Below, piece by piece: positions 50,401-63,102 of a stretch of 64,000 nucleotides of DNA. The notes beneath the pieces were generated by a model. The model was given only the letters and a program-made list of their open reading frames with translations. It was not told the origin of the DNA and did not search any database. The DNA comes from Sphyrna mokarran. Taxonomy: Eukaryota. A program made the position numbers and the translations under genes. The stretch is taken from the NCBI GenBank assembly GCA_024679065.1, contig JAGIQG010000004.1, forward strand, positions 50,220,001 to 50,284,000, in the 5' to 3' direction. Numbering within the stretch: position 1 is the first letter of the stretch; each line of letters opens with the position of its first letter.

Positions 50401-52464
50401 ATCCAGAAAAATGAGAAGCTCTCTCAATGATTCTGATCAGACGCTCACTAGCTCTTTTTAAGCAGTACTAGTGCAGGTGTCAGGCAAAAATAATTTTTAT
50501 TTATATAAATGGCTTTACAGAATTAAATCATCCCAAACTGCTTCACAGGATTGGTTAACTGACAGAATTAGAGACCAATTGTAGTGTATTAATTTAAAAT
50601 TAATGCTGGAGTTGGATGTAGAATCATTGGGTAGAATTTTCAATATTTTTTCAAAGAGTTAGTCCCGGTGAGAAAGCCAGACAGAATTCCCTTTCTTCAA
50701 AAAATAAATTGTAGGTGTTGTCTTGTCAAATCAACAGATAGTTTATTTAGTGCTAATGACTGATTAAATCCCAATTCTTACATTCATTTTGCAGATGCAT
50801 AAAATTAAATATTTTGTTCTCTCTACTGGAAAACAAAGAATTTTAATCCTTGAACGAAGCCTCAATCTGTTAACGGAACAAGCGTTTCTGCTGGTTAATA
50901 GAGGTAAAACCAGCTCTCAAAGTACTAGCTGCGAAATAAAAACTGATTGTAGAAATCTTGATGTTTAGGCAACAGCACATACTGAATTGAAAGGCAATGG
51001 ACAACTGTATTATCATAATTACATCAGCAGTCACCTACAGAAAACTGCATTCTTAATAATGGAGGCTAAGACACATTGGAACAATGACTATAATGTTTGT
51101 TATTGAATATAAACTTCTTGGACAATTCTATTGTGGTTTCCATAGAAATCTTTAACCTGTGAACACAGAGCAGACAAGCCTGAACAGAGAACTTTGTGGA
51201 AAAAATCCTCTAAATAGCACCAAACACACTGAGTAACTCCAAAAGAAATTCTAATTATGTTTTTAACAAAATCCAAAATTAAATTATCCATACAGAGTAG
51301 AGGAGCACACTTCACCATGGCTGATTAGAATTGTAAACCAGTATTCAAATCAGGAATACCAGTTGATTTCCCCCATTCTAATTAAAGACATTGAATCCTG
51401 AAGTAATGCACTATTGGTATGGAACAACTAAAGTTCTTTCCCAATCCATTTGGTTAACACCTTCTCATTGTGTTTGCTGCTCAAAAGCTGATCCTTGATG
51501 CTGAACTGTAGTGAAATGCTTGATTTTCACTATGGATGGAGAGAGGAGGCCAACCTCAAATCACCAGAATGAAACCATTTGGGATGAAAAGGGTTTATAT
51601 GGCACACTTAGAGAAATGTTCCCATGACAGAAAGGAGCAATGGCTAATTGACAAAATTTACAGTGACTGGCAAAAGAACCAGACGTGACAAGAAAACAGT
51701 AGTTTTATCTGTTTATATGGTTAGATTTGAGAATGCACCATATGATAGAGTGGCATTTATAGGTTCTAGAGGGATTCGGAGACATGGAACATTTCACAAG
51801 GTAGGCAGCAGACAAGTCAAATTCCCCACAAACAAAATCAGCAAAACCTCACACTATAAAACTTGAAAGAGCACTGTCACCATTTCATTGGCCAGGGAAA
51901 CACATCACATTGCACTAAATGGTAGCTACCACCAGTTAGAGACTTCAAGAGGAGTTGCTGCCCTTCCTGTTCAATCCTGGTAAAAGACTATTAGATTTAC
52001 TAAGTACATCAGTTCTCAGGAAGACCTATTTGGTTGCAGCCTTTATGATGTAGGCTATTTTGATGTCCGAAACATCCAAGGTCCAAGTCATACAGCAATT
52101 GATCAGTCACCAGTGACTTTATTGAGATCCATTTGGACAAAATTGTCTGTGGACTTCATTTCCAGAGTTTTTCAGTGATGGGTTTGTCGAGGTCAGCACC
52201 TTGCCATCTTGCCCAGAGCTGCTTCCTCTTTACTGTCTAAGCCTTTACATGAGGAATGTCCACTCAGCAGAGGGAGAAGTGGGGGAGCTGCTGGTATTCA
52301 CAGGAAAAGCATCCAAACAAGAACTTGGAGGAAATATTTGAAAAGAGTTTCACTGTAGAAGGCTGCAAGGGATAAAGATATAGCAATCACATCAGTTAAA
52401 GCTTCTACTTTGTATCAGGATCTCTGCAAAAACAACATTTAGGGAATTGCACGTGAGCTTGGAT

Positions 52465-52998
52465 TCACAGCCCATCTAAACATGAATTTCTTCTCTGGCG
52501 GTTTCTATGATGCTCTCGGAGGAAGTGTCTTTCCATGATTAAGTAAGTCATTCTTGCAAATGCATCATCATCTTTCCACATTTCATAATCCTTTTTGCCA
52601 GTCAGCTTTTGTCTTCCGGCTATACTGCAATCTGTACAATATCCATATAATTCAAGGCACCGAAAGCAAAATACATAATGGCAACGGGGACACTTCACAG
52701 ATGGACAACCTGTAGTGCAATGCTGTGTTAAAGTCTCACAATTTGGGCAGGCTCGTATCTCAGGACATCCATACACTGGACTTGTCGGGCCTTTGATTGT
52801 ACCACAGCTCTGAAGCAGAGCTGTCAGACTGCAGCATTCGTTACCGCAGTTATCACTCTGCACATCAGTATTCTTCCACTCCCTCACACACTCCCAGCAG
52901 AACTGAAAGATTTTCTTTGATTTCTGTGAGCAAGACAGACACTGAACACACTGCTTCTCGGCATCTATTCTCTTTATACAGACACCACAGACGGGACA
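52465..52998 (-). CDS. Open terminal exon encoding IBR-like and RING2/Rcat-like Cys-rich domains
   Basis: Acceptor ttttctccctcag; CPVC...CVQCLSC...FCWECVREW...CGNECC and RACPNCETLTQHCTTGCPSVKCPRCHYVFCFRCL match the RBR CPxC..GC..CxxC..FCxxC pattern. Confidence 0.75.
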   Translation of the reverse strand, partial: CPVCGVCIKRIDAEKQCVQCLSCSQKSKKIFQFCWECVREWKNTDVQSDNCGNECCSLTALLQSCGTIKGPTSPVYGCPEIRACPNCETLTQHCTTGCPSVKCPRCHYVFCFRCLELYGYCTDCSIAGRQKLTGKKDYEMWKDDDAFARMTYLIMERHFLREHHRNRQRRNSCLDGL

Positions 52999-53387
52999 CT
53001 GAGGGAGAAAATGAGACAAGATGTCAGTGACATAAATATCTGTATTTATGTTCAGAATGTGAATTATGGGAATATCAATTTAGAACAGAAAAATAGGAAA
53101 TCTGTATCATTTACATTTTTAGCATGTTACCACCTATTGCACTGCACAGAACTACCCAATATTAGCCCACTGATCCCATCTTGATTTTGATATGTTTGAT
53201 TGCTAATATCTCTGCCATTGTGTAAACTATTAATAAGAATATAGGAACAGGAGTAGGCCCTCCATAATTGCTCTTTCATTCTATTAGCTGATCTGAAACT
53301 AACCTCGTTTATCCACATTAAGCATATTTATCTAGAATATAGAGCTAAAAACAAAAATCTAGCAATCATATTCTTGAATGCTCCATT

Positions 53388-53988
53388 TGTTCTGAAAGGG
53401 TTAATAATTACATAGGTTTAAAAATCCTATAAGCTAAATGAGAAAAGAATGCATGTCCTCATTAAAGTCAAGCAAGGTAAGCTTCAAGACTTTGTTATAA
53501 GGGAGGAAATCCTAGAATTTAAGTTTATGTAATAAAGGTCCTTCACCTGAGAGAATTCATTAAGTCAAGCATGGGAGAGATAATTGATATCTACAAACAT
53601 AGGTACAAGCTGAATGTTAAGTATAATTTGTAACAATAATAAGCAAGATCAGCTAACATGTTCAAACCTTCACACTGATTGGATATTACAAGTAAGCAGG
53701 CAGATAACGGTTATGATTGATTTTAACATTTGTATCTTATGCATGATGTAACAGTTGTGAGTGGATAGAAATAATTCCTATTCCTTGCTTGGTATATGTT
53801 AACTACGTGTAATCATATATTTATTTGTATATCCCTTTTTTTCAGGCTGGCCACTAGCTGGCATTTAGGTTCTTGTTATACATCTCAAATAAATGGCTGT
53901 TTGAGAAACTCCAAGATTTGGTCTGGTTACTTAAAGGGAACAAAGTTGTAATAACGTAAAAGGCTGAAAACCAAACAACCCAAGAACA
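53388..53988. mobile_element. Probable solo LTR (601 bp)
   Basis: Termini TGTTCT...AGAACA form an inverted repeat; internal AATAAA; absent at the paralogous site in unit A (~39750). No clean TSD. Confidence 0.65.
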
Positions 53989-55504
53989 CTTCCAGCATCA
54001 ATGACCTTTTAAAGAAAAAATTCTAAATTTTTTTAAAATCTCATTTAACACTGTCTGATATTCTTTCTCAATTGTTTCTACCGAGATACCACAAACACAA
54101 CATCTTCCTCTAAATTTTTGTCAGTGTTTCATTTATCAGAAATCTCATAAATAAGCCTGGTCATAATTTGAATCTGCATTCCTTGCTTTTTTATCATCAG
54201 CTTAACTAACCCGAGTCTCTCAGAGATTCTCTTTCTATATCTAAATATATTGTCCCACTAAATCTTGTAAGAAACCAAAAACAGGATTGTGCCCGTAAGA
54301 TCTGTTTGGGATTTTCCCCATCTGCCCTCCCCTAATATGATTAGGTCCATGCCCAGGAACAGTGAAAGCCTGATTAGAATATATTAGCATGGGCTAAAAT
54401 ATAATTAGCAGGCTTAATGTCACTACTTCTGCCTTCAATGTATTGTCCCACCCAGCCAGTGGGATGTCATGCCAGCACCCCAATCACTACTGGTTTTCAA
54501 AAACAAAGCTACCAGTCACAATGACCATTCTGGGTGCGCACAGCAAGTATTGCCCGTGGATAGCGAGGGATATGCCCAGGCAGTGCCTGCCCCAGCTTCT
54601 TCCTCAGAGTTTATTCATTACCACATGACTGCTTGTCCTTTCCTTCCTTAAAGTGATTGGTCGATGAGAGTGGATTATCCATCAATGATGTCCCAGAAAT
54701 CAAGGCCAACTTCTCTTTAACATGTGCAGCTTAAGAGAAATATGAACAGAATCCACCTGGATTATAGATGGAGGATGAGAAAACTGACCTCCTGGTCCCA
54801 ATCTGAACTAGGCTGCGGACCTCAATGTCCCACAAACTGCCTCATTTAGCTTTAGCCACAGAATTATTCTAGATCAGGAGGCCATTCAGCCCATTGTATC
54901 TGAAACAATACTCCAAATGAAGCAATGAATGAGTCCCATGTATCAGCTTCTCCCATGAAACAGACAGCGAGTCATTTAAAAAAGTTAGTTAATACACTTG
55001 GTTTGAAAATATAGACACAGCTCAATTGTAAATCATTTATACAAAGAAGCAAAGATCAAAAATCCTGAATAACGCAAGTTACCTTTTGGTATGATGATTG
55101 TTCTTGTGCCATTATTCTGCTGAACTGCTCCTCATACAGACGATGTTTCCTCAGTGTCAACTGTGCAAGGTACAGTTCTTCCTGCCAGAGCCACTCCTAC
55201 TCTCACAATTGGAGCAGTCAAACGTGGAAAATCTCTATGGAGAATCAACTGTTGTTTTATGGTGCCTTCAATCATCCCAAGCATGGTCCAGTCAAAAACA
55301 AACTTGTAATAATTTTGTAATAATCAATCAAGCACCAATTAGACTGCAATAAATGTACACAAGGTAGTTGAATGAACTTAGAGTTGTGCTTCATAAAAAT
55401 ATGTAACACTGAGAATTTAAGAATGAGTTACCAGCTGGAATGAATCTAAGGGAACAATTCAAATTATTTAGAAATATATACCAAGATATAGAATATACAT
55501 CAAG

Positions 55505-55755
55505 AGCAGCATTGTGACACAGTAGTTAGCACTGCTGCCTCACAGCGCCAGGGACCCAGGTTCAATTCCAGCCTTGTGTAAGTTTGCTCTTTCTCCCTAT
55601 GTCTGGGTGGGTTTCCTCCAAGTGCTCCAGTTTCTTCCCACAGTCCAGAGATGTGCAGATTAGGTAGATCGGCCAGGCTAAATTGCCGTTTAATGTCTAA
55701 AGATGTGTACATTCAGGAAATTAGTGGGGTACATGCATGGGGTTACAGGGATAGA
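55505..55755 (+). mobile_element. HE1-like V-SINE 5' part; tail continues at 57073-57152
   Basis: Split by the CR1 insertion. Confidence 0.85.
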
Positions 55756-57072
55756 ACATAGAACATGAAACATTACAGCGCAGAACAGGCCCTTCGGCCT
55801 TCGATGTTGCGCTGACCAATTAGGAAAAAGCAATGACCCTCTAACCTAAACCATTCCCTTTTCTTCCATAAACTTATCTACTAACCTCTTAAACGCCACC
55901 AAACTTGGCGCATCTACAACTGCAGCAGGCAGGGCATTCCATACCCTTACCACCCTCTGGGTAAAGAACCTACCTCTGACATCCGACCTATAACTACCAC
56001 CCCTTAATTTAAAGCTATGTCCCCTCGTGCTAGCTTCCTCCATCCTAGGAAAAAGGCTATCACTGTCCACCCTATCTAAACCTCTAATCATCTTGTATGT
56101 TTCAATAAGGTCTCCTCTTAGCCGCCTTCTTTCTAACGCAAACAACCTCAAATCCCTCAGCCTCTCTTCATAAGACCTGCCCTCCATACCAGGCACCATC
56201 CTGGTAAACCTCCTCTGTACCCTCTCCAATGCCTCCACATCTTTCTTATAATGTGGGGACCAGAACTGCACACAATACTCCAAGTGCGGCCGCACTAGAG
56301 TTTTGTACAGTTGCAACATGATGCTGCGGCTCCTAAATTCAATCCCCCTACCAATAAAAGCTAAGTCTCCATATGCCTTCTTAACAACCTTATCGACTTG
56401 ATTGCCAACTTTCAGGGATCTATTCACATATACACCAAGATCCCTCTGTTCATCAACACTATTAAGAATCCTACCATTAGCCCTATACTCTACACATTTA
56501 TTATTCCTGCCAAAGTGCATTACCTCACACTTTTCCACATTAAACTCCATTGCCACCTCTCAGCCCAGCTCTGCAACTTGTCCAAGTCTCTCTGCAAACT
56601 ATAACACCCCTCTTCACTATCTACCACTCCTTCGACTTTGGTGTCATCCGCAAATTTACTAATCCATCCTTCAATACCCTCATCCAGATCATTTATAAAA
56701 ATTACAAACAGCAGGGGCTCCAAAACAGATCCCTGAGGTACACTACTTGTAACTGAACTCCACGATGACTATATTCCATCAACAACCACCCTCTGTCTTC
56801 TATCTGCTAGCCAATTCCTAATCCAATTAGCTAAATCACCCTCAATCCCATACGTCTGCATTTTCTGCAGAAGCCTTCCATGGGCCACCTTATTGAACAC
56901 CTTACTAAAGTCCATATATACCACATCAATTGCCTTACCCCCATCCACCTCTTTGGTCACTTTTTCAAAAAACTCAATAATGTTAGTACGGCACGACCTA
57001 CCCTTCACAAAACCATGCTGACTATTCCCAATCAATTCATTTCTCTCTAAATAACGATAAATCCTATTTATA
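55756..57072 (-). mobile_element. Young CR1-like LINE (RT and C-terminus) inserted in a SINE
   Basis: QHGFVKGRSC, DVVYMDFSK, KFADDTK and a 236-aa C-terminal ORF; TSD GGATAGA at 55749-55755 and 57073-57079. Confidence 0.95.
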
Positions 57073-60000
57073 GGATAGAGTGGGGGACAGGTCCTAGGTA
57101 ATATGTTCTGAGAATTGTTGCAGGCTGAATGGACTGTGGGGATTCTATGAAGAATCTTTAACGTATTTCCAGCTGCATGCATAATTTTTCTGTTAATACA
57201 GGATTACTAAGCATCAGTGGGCAATGCTTTTTGAAAGATAATTTTGCAGCAACTGGCTTTTCTATGATGCAACAGTCAGGAGGAATGTAAAAATGCATCG
57301 GATAAAAGCCCAGCAAAGCAGCATCAAGGGAACCACAAAAATGTCAGAAACTGAGAACACGTCCTGTAGTGACACAGATTGTACTGGAAAGTACTTGCTC
57401 AGACTGGTTTAGTGTGCATATGCTGAGTATCTTGGTAATACACTGTGGGATAGTTTTATTACAAAGTTGCTTTAGTTACAGTTATCCTGCAGATGATTAG
57501 CAACCCAGTATGAAGCTCCACATGATCTTGAACACAGATTGTTAACTCTCCTCAGAGAGCACCTGACTGGAAATCTTAGTGATCCTTATGGAATTAGTGA
57601 CAATGTTCCTGATGTAAAAATAATGGACTGAATATGACTCAGTACTTGTCTCCTTCACAATATAATTGCCTCTGATCTTTCCCATATTCTGATTAATCCA
57701 CAGCTATAAATAGGACCATAGAAGTATCATAGAATCCCTACAGTGCAAAAGGAGGCCGATTGGCCCATTGAGCCTGCATCGTCATCAATCTCACCCAGGC
57801 CCTGTTCCTGTAATCCTACATACTTATCCTGCTAATCTTGCTGATACCAAGTGGCAACTTATGGTGGCCAAACAACCTAAAAATGACTGATTATGATGTG
57901 GAGAAACTCTCACTGGTGAATTAGGGCAAAACAGTTGTTTCCTATTCTATAATCTGCCCCCTCCATTGTCACAACCAACATGGCATTTATGAAACATGGA
58001 AATATTTCTGTCTTGTTGTGAACTCACCTCACCCAGAAGTGCCTTACACCATTTCCTCAAATCAGATGGTCACAGGATACTTTATATTCTCCTACAAACA
58101 AGAAGTAGCCTAAATTGAAACCTGTCATTTTCAATTGATTAAACTCATTGACATTTTGGACTGAATGGCCTATTTCTGTGCTGTAAATATTTTGTAATCT
58201 GCACCCATGAGTCAAAGCTCACTGTTAATTGACGAGAATAGCAGGTCATATCATGTGGGAGTGGCACTGGAAACAAAAGGAGATAGGCATAATTTAACAA
58301 ACTGAATTTGAGTATCAGTGTGAGAGCACACAAAGCAGAAAGCAGTCAATGCAGATGAGTGTAAATTGGGGAAAATGGGTGTTAGATATAAGAAAGAGTG
58401 GTTTTGAAATAGCAATAGGCAAAATTGAGGGAAACACAGGAAATCTCAGTAAACTTGATATTCAATATGTCCTACCAATGGAAAAGAGGGGGCAATAAAG
58501 ACAACAGGATGCTAAACCACATAAAACAAGGATTCCTATGAATCTCAGTGGGATGACAAGATGAACAATTGGGATCATGAGCTCTAGGGCATCAGTGACG
58601 GCAGTGGAACCAAATCACTGATATGGACAAGCCTGAGATTAGTAGTGAAGCTGCTGTAAATGTGGAAGATAAGTTGAACTGTGAGCAAGGCCCTAACCAC
58701 TGACACCAATAGATCTTGTGAAGTGGTCAGTGTCTTTGTTTATTTTTGGAGTCTGTATCCCTGCTGTTTGAACCCCTATCCTGCACCTCCCACCCACATA
58801 TCACTCTGGGTTCACACCCAATGTGAAGCATTAAAATAGGATCGGGCAGTTTTAGAAATGGATGGGTCTGAGTCAAATGATATAATTTAATTGCATTTTT
58901 ACAGTTGTCAAAATAAGGAATTCAGGGACTGGAACACAGAAAAGGCCATGAAGCTGATCCTCAGTGTCAGAGTTATCACAACAACCTCTGGAAAAGGGAT
59001 TGCCATTCCTGAAGACAAACCGGCAGACAAAATATTTCATCAATTAAAAAGATAGATTTGCAATGTTACTTTCAAATAAATTGAGGGTGGGATGAGAGAG
59101 AGATGGAGAGTGGAGGAAGATGATGAGGCTGTACCCAGAGTCAATGATTCCATTAATGGAAATTGTGCTGTAAAATCGCAGAATTAAAAATCCTTCCACT
59201 GGGTTCCCTGTAACTGAAGCTTTGTATCCCCTACAATAATTAAAACTCAGCTGTCTGGTTACATACATTGGGAAGTACAGACCACATACTCGGTCACTAT
59301 GATCTACAATAATGCACATTACTGCATTCATCTCTCACAAAGTCTGTCATGTCACCAAGAAAATATCTGTAAATATATCCAAATGAAAACTGATGACTCG
59401 GGCTGCAAGTTAGAAATAAGTCACATCTGTTTTGCAAAGTTATAAACTGAGCATTTTCACAGCACCCAACAGAAGCTGGATATATTCATCTTAAACTTGT
59501 CCTTTTCCAGACAGACATCTTTAAGCCCCATTCAATAAGCTGACTCCATAAATCTGGTTGATCATTTTGCAACTAAATGAACAAGCACACAGTTTATAGC
59601 CAGATTCTCTCAATGGTATATCATACCTCCTGTTAGTTTAGAAGATACTAAGGACAGTTAAAACAGAAATCTTCCTTACAATTACCCCCCACCCACCCCC
59701 GTCTCCATCGCCTCTCAGGCCTCACCATTAAGATCTGCTCCAATGTGAGGCCATTCAACATAGCATAAACTGGAAATTAAGCAGCACAGGGTTTGTGTCC
59801 ATCCTAGTACATAACAATGAGAGTGAGTGAATCAGGAAAGCGGTTCCTTGCTATAATTCATAATTAAACAGTTAATGTAAAATACTGCTGATCAAAATAT
59901 CCAGACTTGGCTCCTGTTCCTACAATGAGTTACAGAGCAATCATTCCAGTTTTGTTCTAATTCACTGGGTCATCATTGCTGCCATTCTCCACACAGACAA

Positions 60001-61649
60001 GCTGAAACTCTATTCAGCTGTAATCAGCCACAACAAACATACAAAGAATAGCTTACAGTTCACAATTCTGTTTTAAACATCTGGAAAGTGCTTTTTACCT
60101 GTCTCCAGATAACTCACTGCAGTGACAAACTAAAATCTTTTACAATCTGTTTCAGTGACAACGATTTACATTCTTTCCTACTGAATTTAAAATGCTGAAT
60201 GTTTGTTCAGTAGAAACTGCTTCAATTTCCTGAGACTCATCCAGCTTTCAGTTTCATTCTGTCTCAATGAATTCACAACAGCTAAAAGGGGAACATTCCA
60301 CTTTTACACAGGGAAGCTGCTGACTGATCATGTAAAATATTTCATGACAATCATAAATAAAATCCAGTCAGTCACTTTGTATGCTGCTATTGCACAGCTG
60401 ATAATGACTACCATTCCAAACTGGAACCATCAAGTAGTTTATCAATCTGTATCAAATACAACTGAAACTGATATCTTGGGCTGAGATCAATCTCCTGGCC
60501 AATTGAATAGAAGTTTAAATTGACAGAAGGAGGTGGAGGGATCAGGAGAAGGGAGATTTAGAAATCAAATCAACAGAGCAGAGTCACGATGTCAGAAAGA
60601 AAGTAGTGGGACAGGAAAAGACACGAGAACTTAACATTAAACAGGCATCAGTCAATCGGGCCAATGCATGCAACAGTGGTAAAAATAAAATGTTTTTTGT
60701 GTGAATGCAAATAAATATCTGCAATAAGATAGATGAACTAGTGACATAAAAAGATAAATCACTCATTCTTGATCACCATTACATATACGTGGTTATATGT
60801 AGAACAAGGCTGGAAAATAAATGTTCCAGAATCCAGAGTGCACGAAATTTTGGACAGATTGGCAGAATGGGGAAGGAGGAGGGAGAGCACTGATAACATG
60901 ACCATCTCAGGATAATGTTATCTTAGATCCAGTACTATAAAATGAGGTACAGTTAATAAGGCAAAGAAAAAAATCTGCTGTGAAACAGTGATCATAATAG
61001 TATTGAATCCCATCTAAATTTGAAATCACAAACATATCTCCCATCATGACAGTAGAATGATTGACCAGGTCATTTTACTGACTGCAGTAACAGCGTGCTT
61101 GAGAGTTGTGTCTTTATACACCTTCTGACCCCACCCCTGTTTATGAAGCAATGCCTTAAATTGGATCATCTGATTGGTTTACTAACCCCACTCTGACAAT
61201 TAACCTTTCAGGGGAAAGACCAAGTTTATAGTTGTCTTTGAACATGCCTAACTGTTATAAAGGTGGGTTTCATTTCTCTTATGGGCGGGCGGAGGTGTGG
61301 TCTTAGGCCTTTTGTTCTTTGCTATTGGAAATTCTTCAAAGTCTTCTCCACAGCTTCATCCTTTTCCCAGCATGAGATAAGCTGGGACCATAGGGCTTCA
61401 ATACAACCAGCTTACATTTATTATTGTGAAAGAAATAATAGAACAGACATGTGATAGAAAGTGATCAATAAATGCAATATCAATGATACATTGGCTTATG
61501 ATACATTCCTTTGAAAAAAAAAGCTCAGTATATATGAAATCCATGGTCCAACCAGTAAGTTAATGATAATATTAGATTGCAAGAAATGGTTTATTTTGCT
61601 ACAGAGAACAGTCTATGGATTGGGAATGTTTTCAAAACCAAGAAGATGT

Positions 61650-63100
61650 TACTTGGTAGTTAATAAAGAGGCATAAAATAGATTATGAAAATATATTAAC
61701 CTGAAATAAAAACAGATCACAAGATCTTATATGTATATATAAATAAAAAGGAAGAGCATAGCTAGAGAAAATGCTTGTTCCTTGGAAGCTGAGACAGGAG
61801 ATTATCACTGGGAATGAGGAAATGATGGAGCGATATTGTATCTTCACCATGGAAGACAATTTGCTTACCAGAAATAGAATGTGATGTAAGGGCTAAAAAA
61901 AAAAATGAGGAAATTAAGATAATTAATTTCAGAGAAAATATTTTGGCGAAACAAAATGGAGTAAAATCTAACAAATCATCAGGACTTGATGGCCTACACA
62001 TCAAGGTTGAATAAGAAATATATTTTATGGGGCAGCACCGTGGCATAGTGGTTATCACTGCTGCCTCACAGCATCAGGGACCCGGCTTGGGTCACTGTCT
62101 GTGGGATGTTTTTCACATTCTCCCTGTGTCTGCGTGGGTTTCCTTTGGGTGTTCCAGTTTCCTCGCATGGTCTGAAAGACTCCTGGTTAGCTACATTGGC
62201 CATCCAAATTTTCCTTCAATATAACTGAGCAGGCACTAGAGTGCAGCAACTAAGGGATTTTCACAGTAACTTCATTGCAGTGTTAATGTAAGCCTACTTG
62301 TGACATGAATAAATAAACTTAAAGAAATCGCAAATATATCCATTACCTATGCCTTTTGAAAAATGCTCAAATTTAGGAGTGGTCCTATCAGATTAGAAGC
62401 TGGCCAACGAAACATTGCTTTTCAATAAAGGGGGAGAGAGAAAATAGGAAACCTCAGGCCATGTAACCCAACATCAGTCCTGGGAAAACACTGGAATTTA
62501 TTATGAAAACAGTCTTAACAATGCACCTAGAAAAGTATAGCATCATTCAAACAAATCAGTATGGTTTCTAGGATGGAAATCTTCTTGACAAATATATTTG
62601 TGTTTTTTGAGGATGTAAAGATGGCTAAAGAGGTATCAATAGATTTACAACAGGGATTTATTAGGTGTCAGGAAAATGTTTAAGAACCAGAGACAAAAAC
62701 TCATGGAGTTATGGGTAATATGAAGGACTGGTTAATGGACAGAAGCAAAGAATAGGCATTAACAACACACATTAATTTTGGCTTGAAGTGTTACAAGGAT
62801 CAGTGCTGAGGTTTCAGCTATTTATCATATTATAAAGATTTAGATGAAAAAATAGAGTAATGTATCCAGGTTGCTAATAATACAAAGCTAGATGGGAAGG
62901 TAAGCTATGGGGAGGACACAAAGTATGTTACAAGAAATATAGGAAGGTTGAGTGAATAATAGGTTTGAAACTTATAAGTGTTGATATTCAGATTGATGTG
63001 GATATGCTCATGCAATGAGCACATAAAGTTAGCCTGGAGGTACAGCAAAACCAGTAGAAAAACAAATAACATGCTGGCCTTTAATGCAAGAGGAATGGAG
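61650..63100 (+). mobile_element. Old CR1-like LINE remnant (pre-duplication), unit B
   Basis: Paralogous to 49310-50400; interrupted by a SINE and by the young CR1. Confidence 0.6.
62029..62320 (+). mobile_element. V-SINE with alternative 3' tail (unit B only)
   Basis: Head gggcagcaccgtggcatagtggtt, V domain, aataaataaa end. Confidence 0.85.
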
Positions 63101-63102
63101 GA

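Larger units (their letters stand above)
52465..58069 (-). pseudogene. RBR-type E3 ubiquitin ligase-like gene, copy B, probably disrupted
   Basis: The last exon 52465-52998 is open. The middle exon 55083-55234 is 152 nt (+2 frameshift versus copy A, giving an early stop). A small exon 58028-58069 (PSDLRKWCKALLGE) has a GT donor but no in-frame AG acceptor. Confidence 0.7.
37055..62830. repeat. Tandem segmental duplication (unit A ~37055-51800, unit B ~51830-62830 or beyond)
   Basis: Colinear paralogous blocks: 37057/51830, 38980-39760/52590-53390, 42210-43270/54630-57450, 43590-45330/57480-59310, 49120-50400/61490-62830. Confidence 0.92.

Noticed and set aside
60071-60128. Possible further upstream exon of ligase copy B
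   Set aside because: An AG/GT-bounded segment exists near 60100-60150, but all frames contain stops and no family motif is evident.
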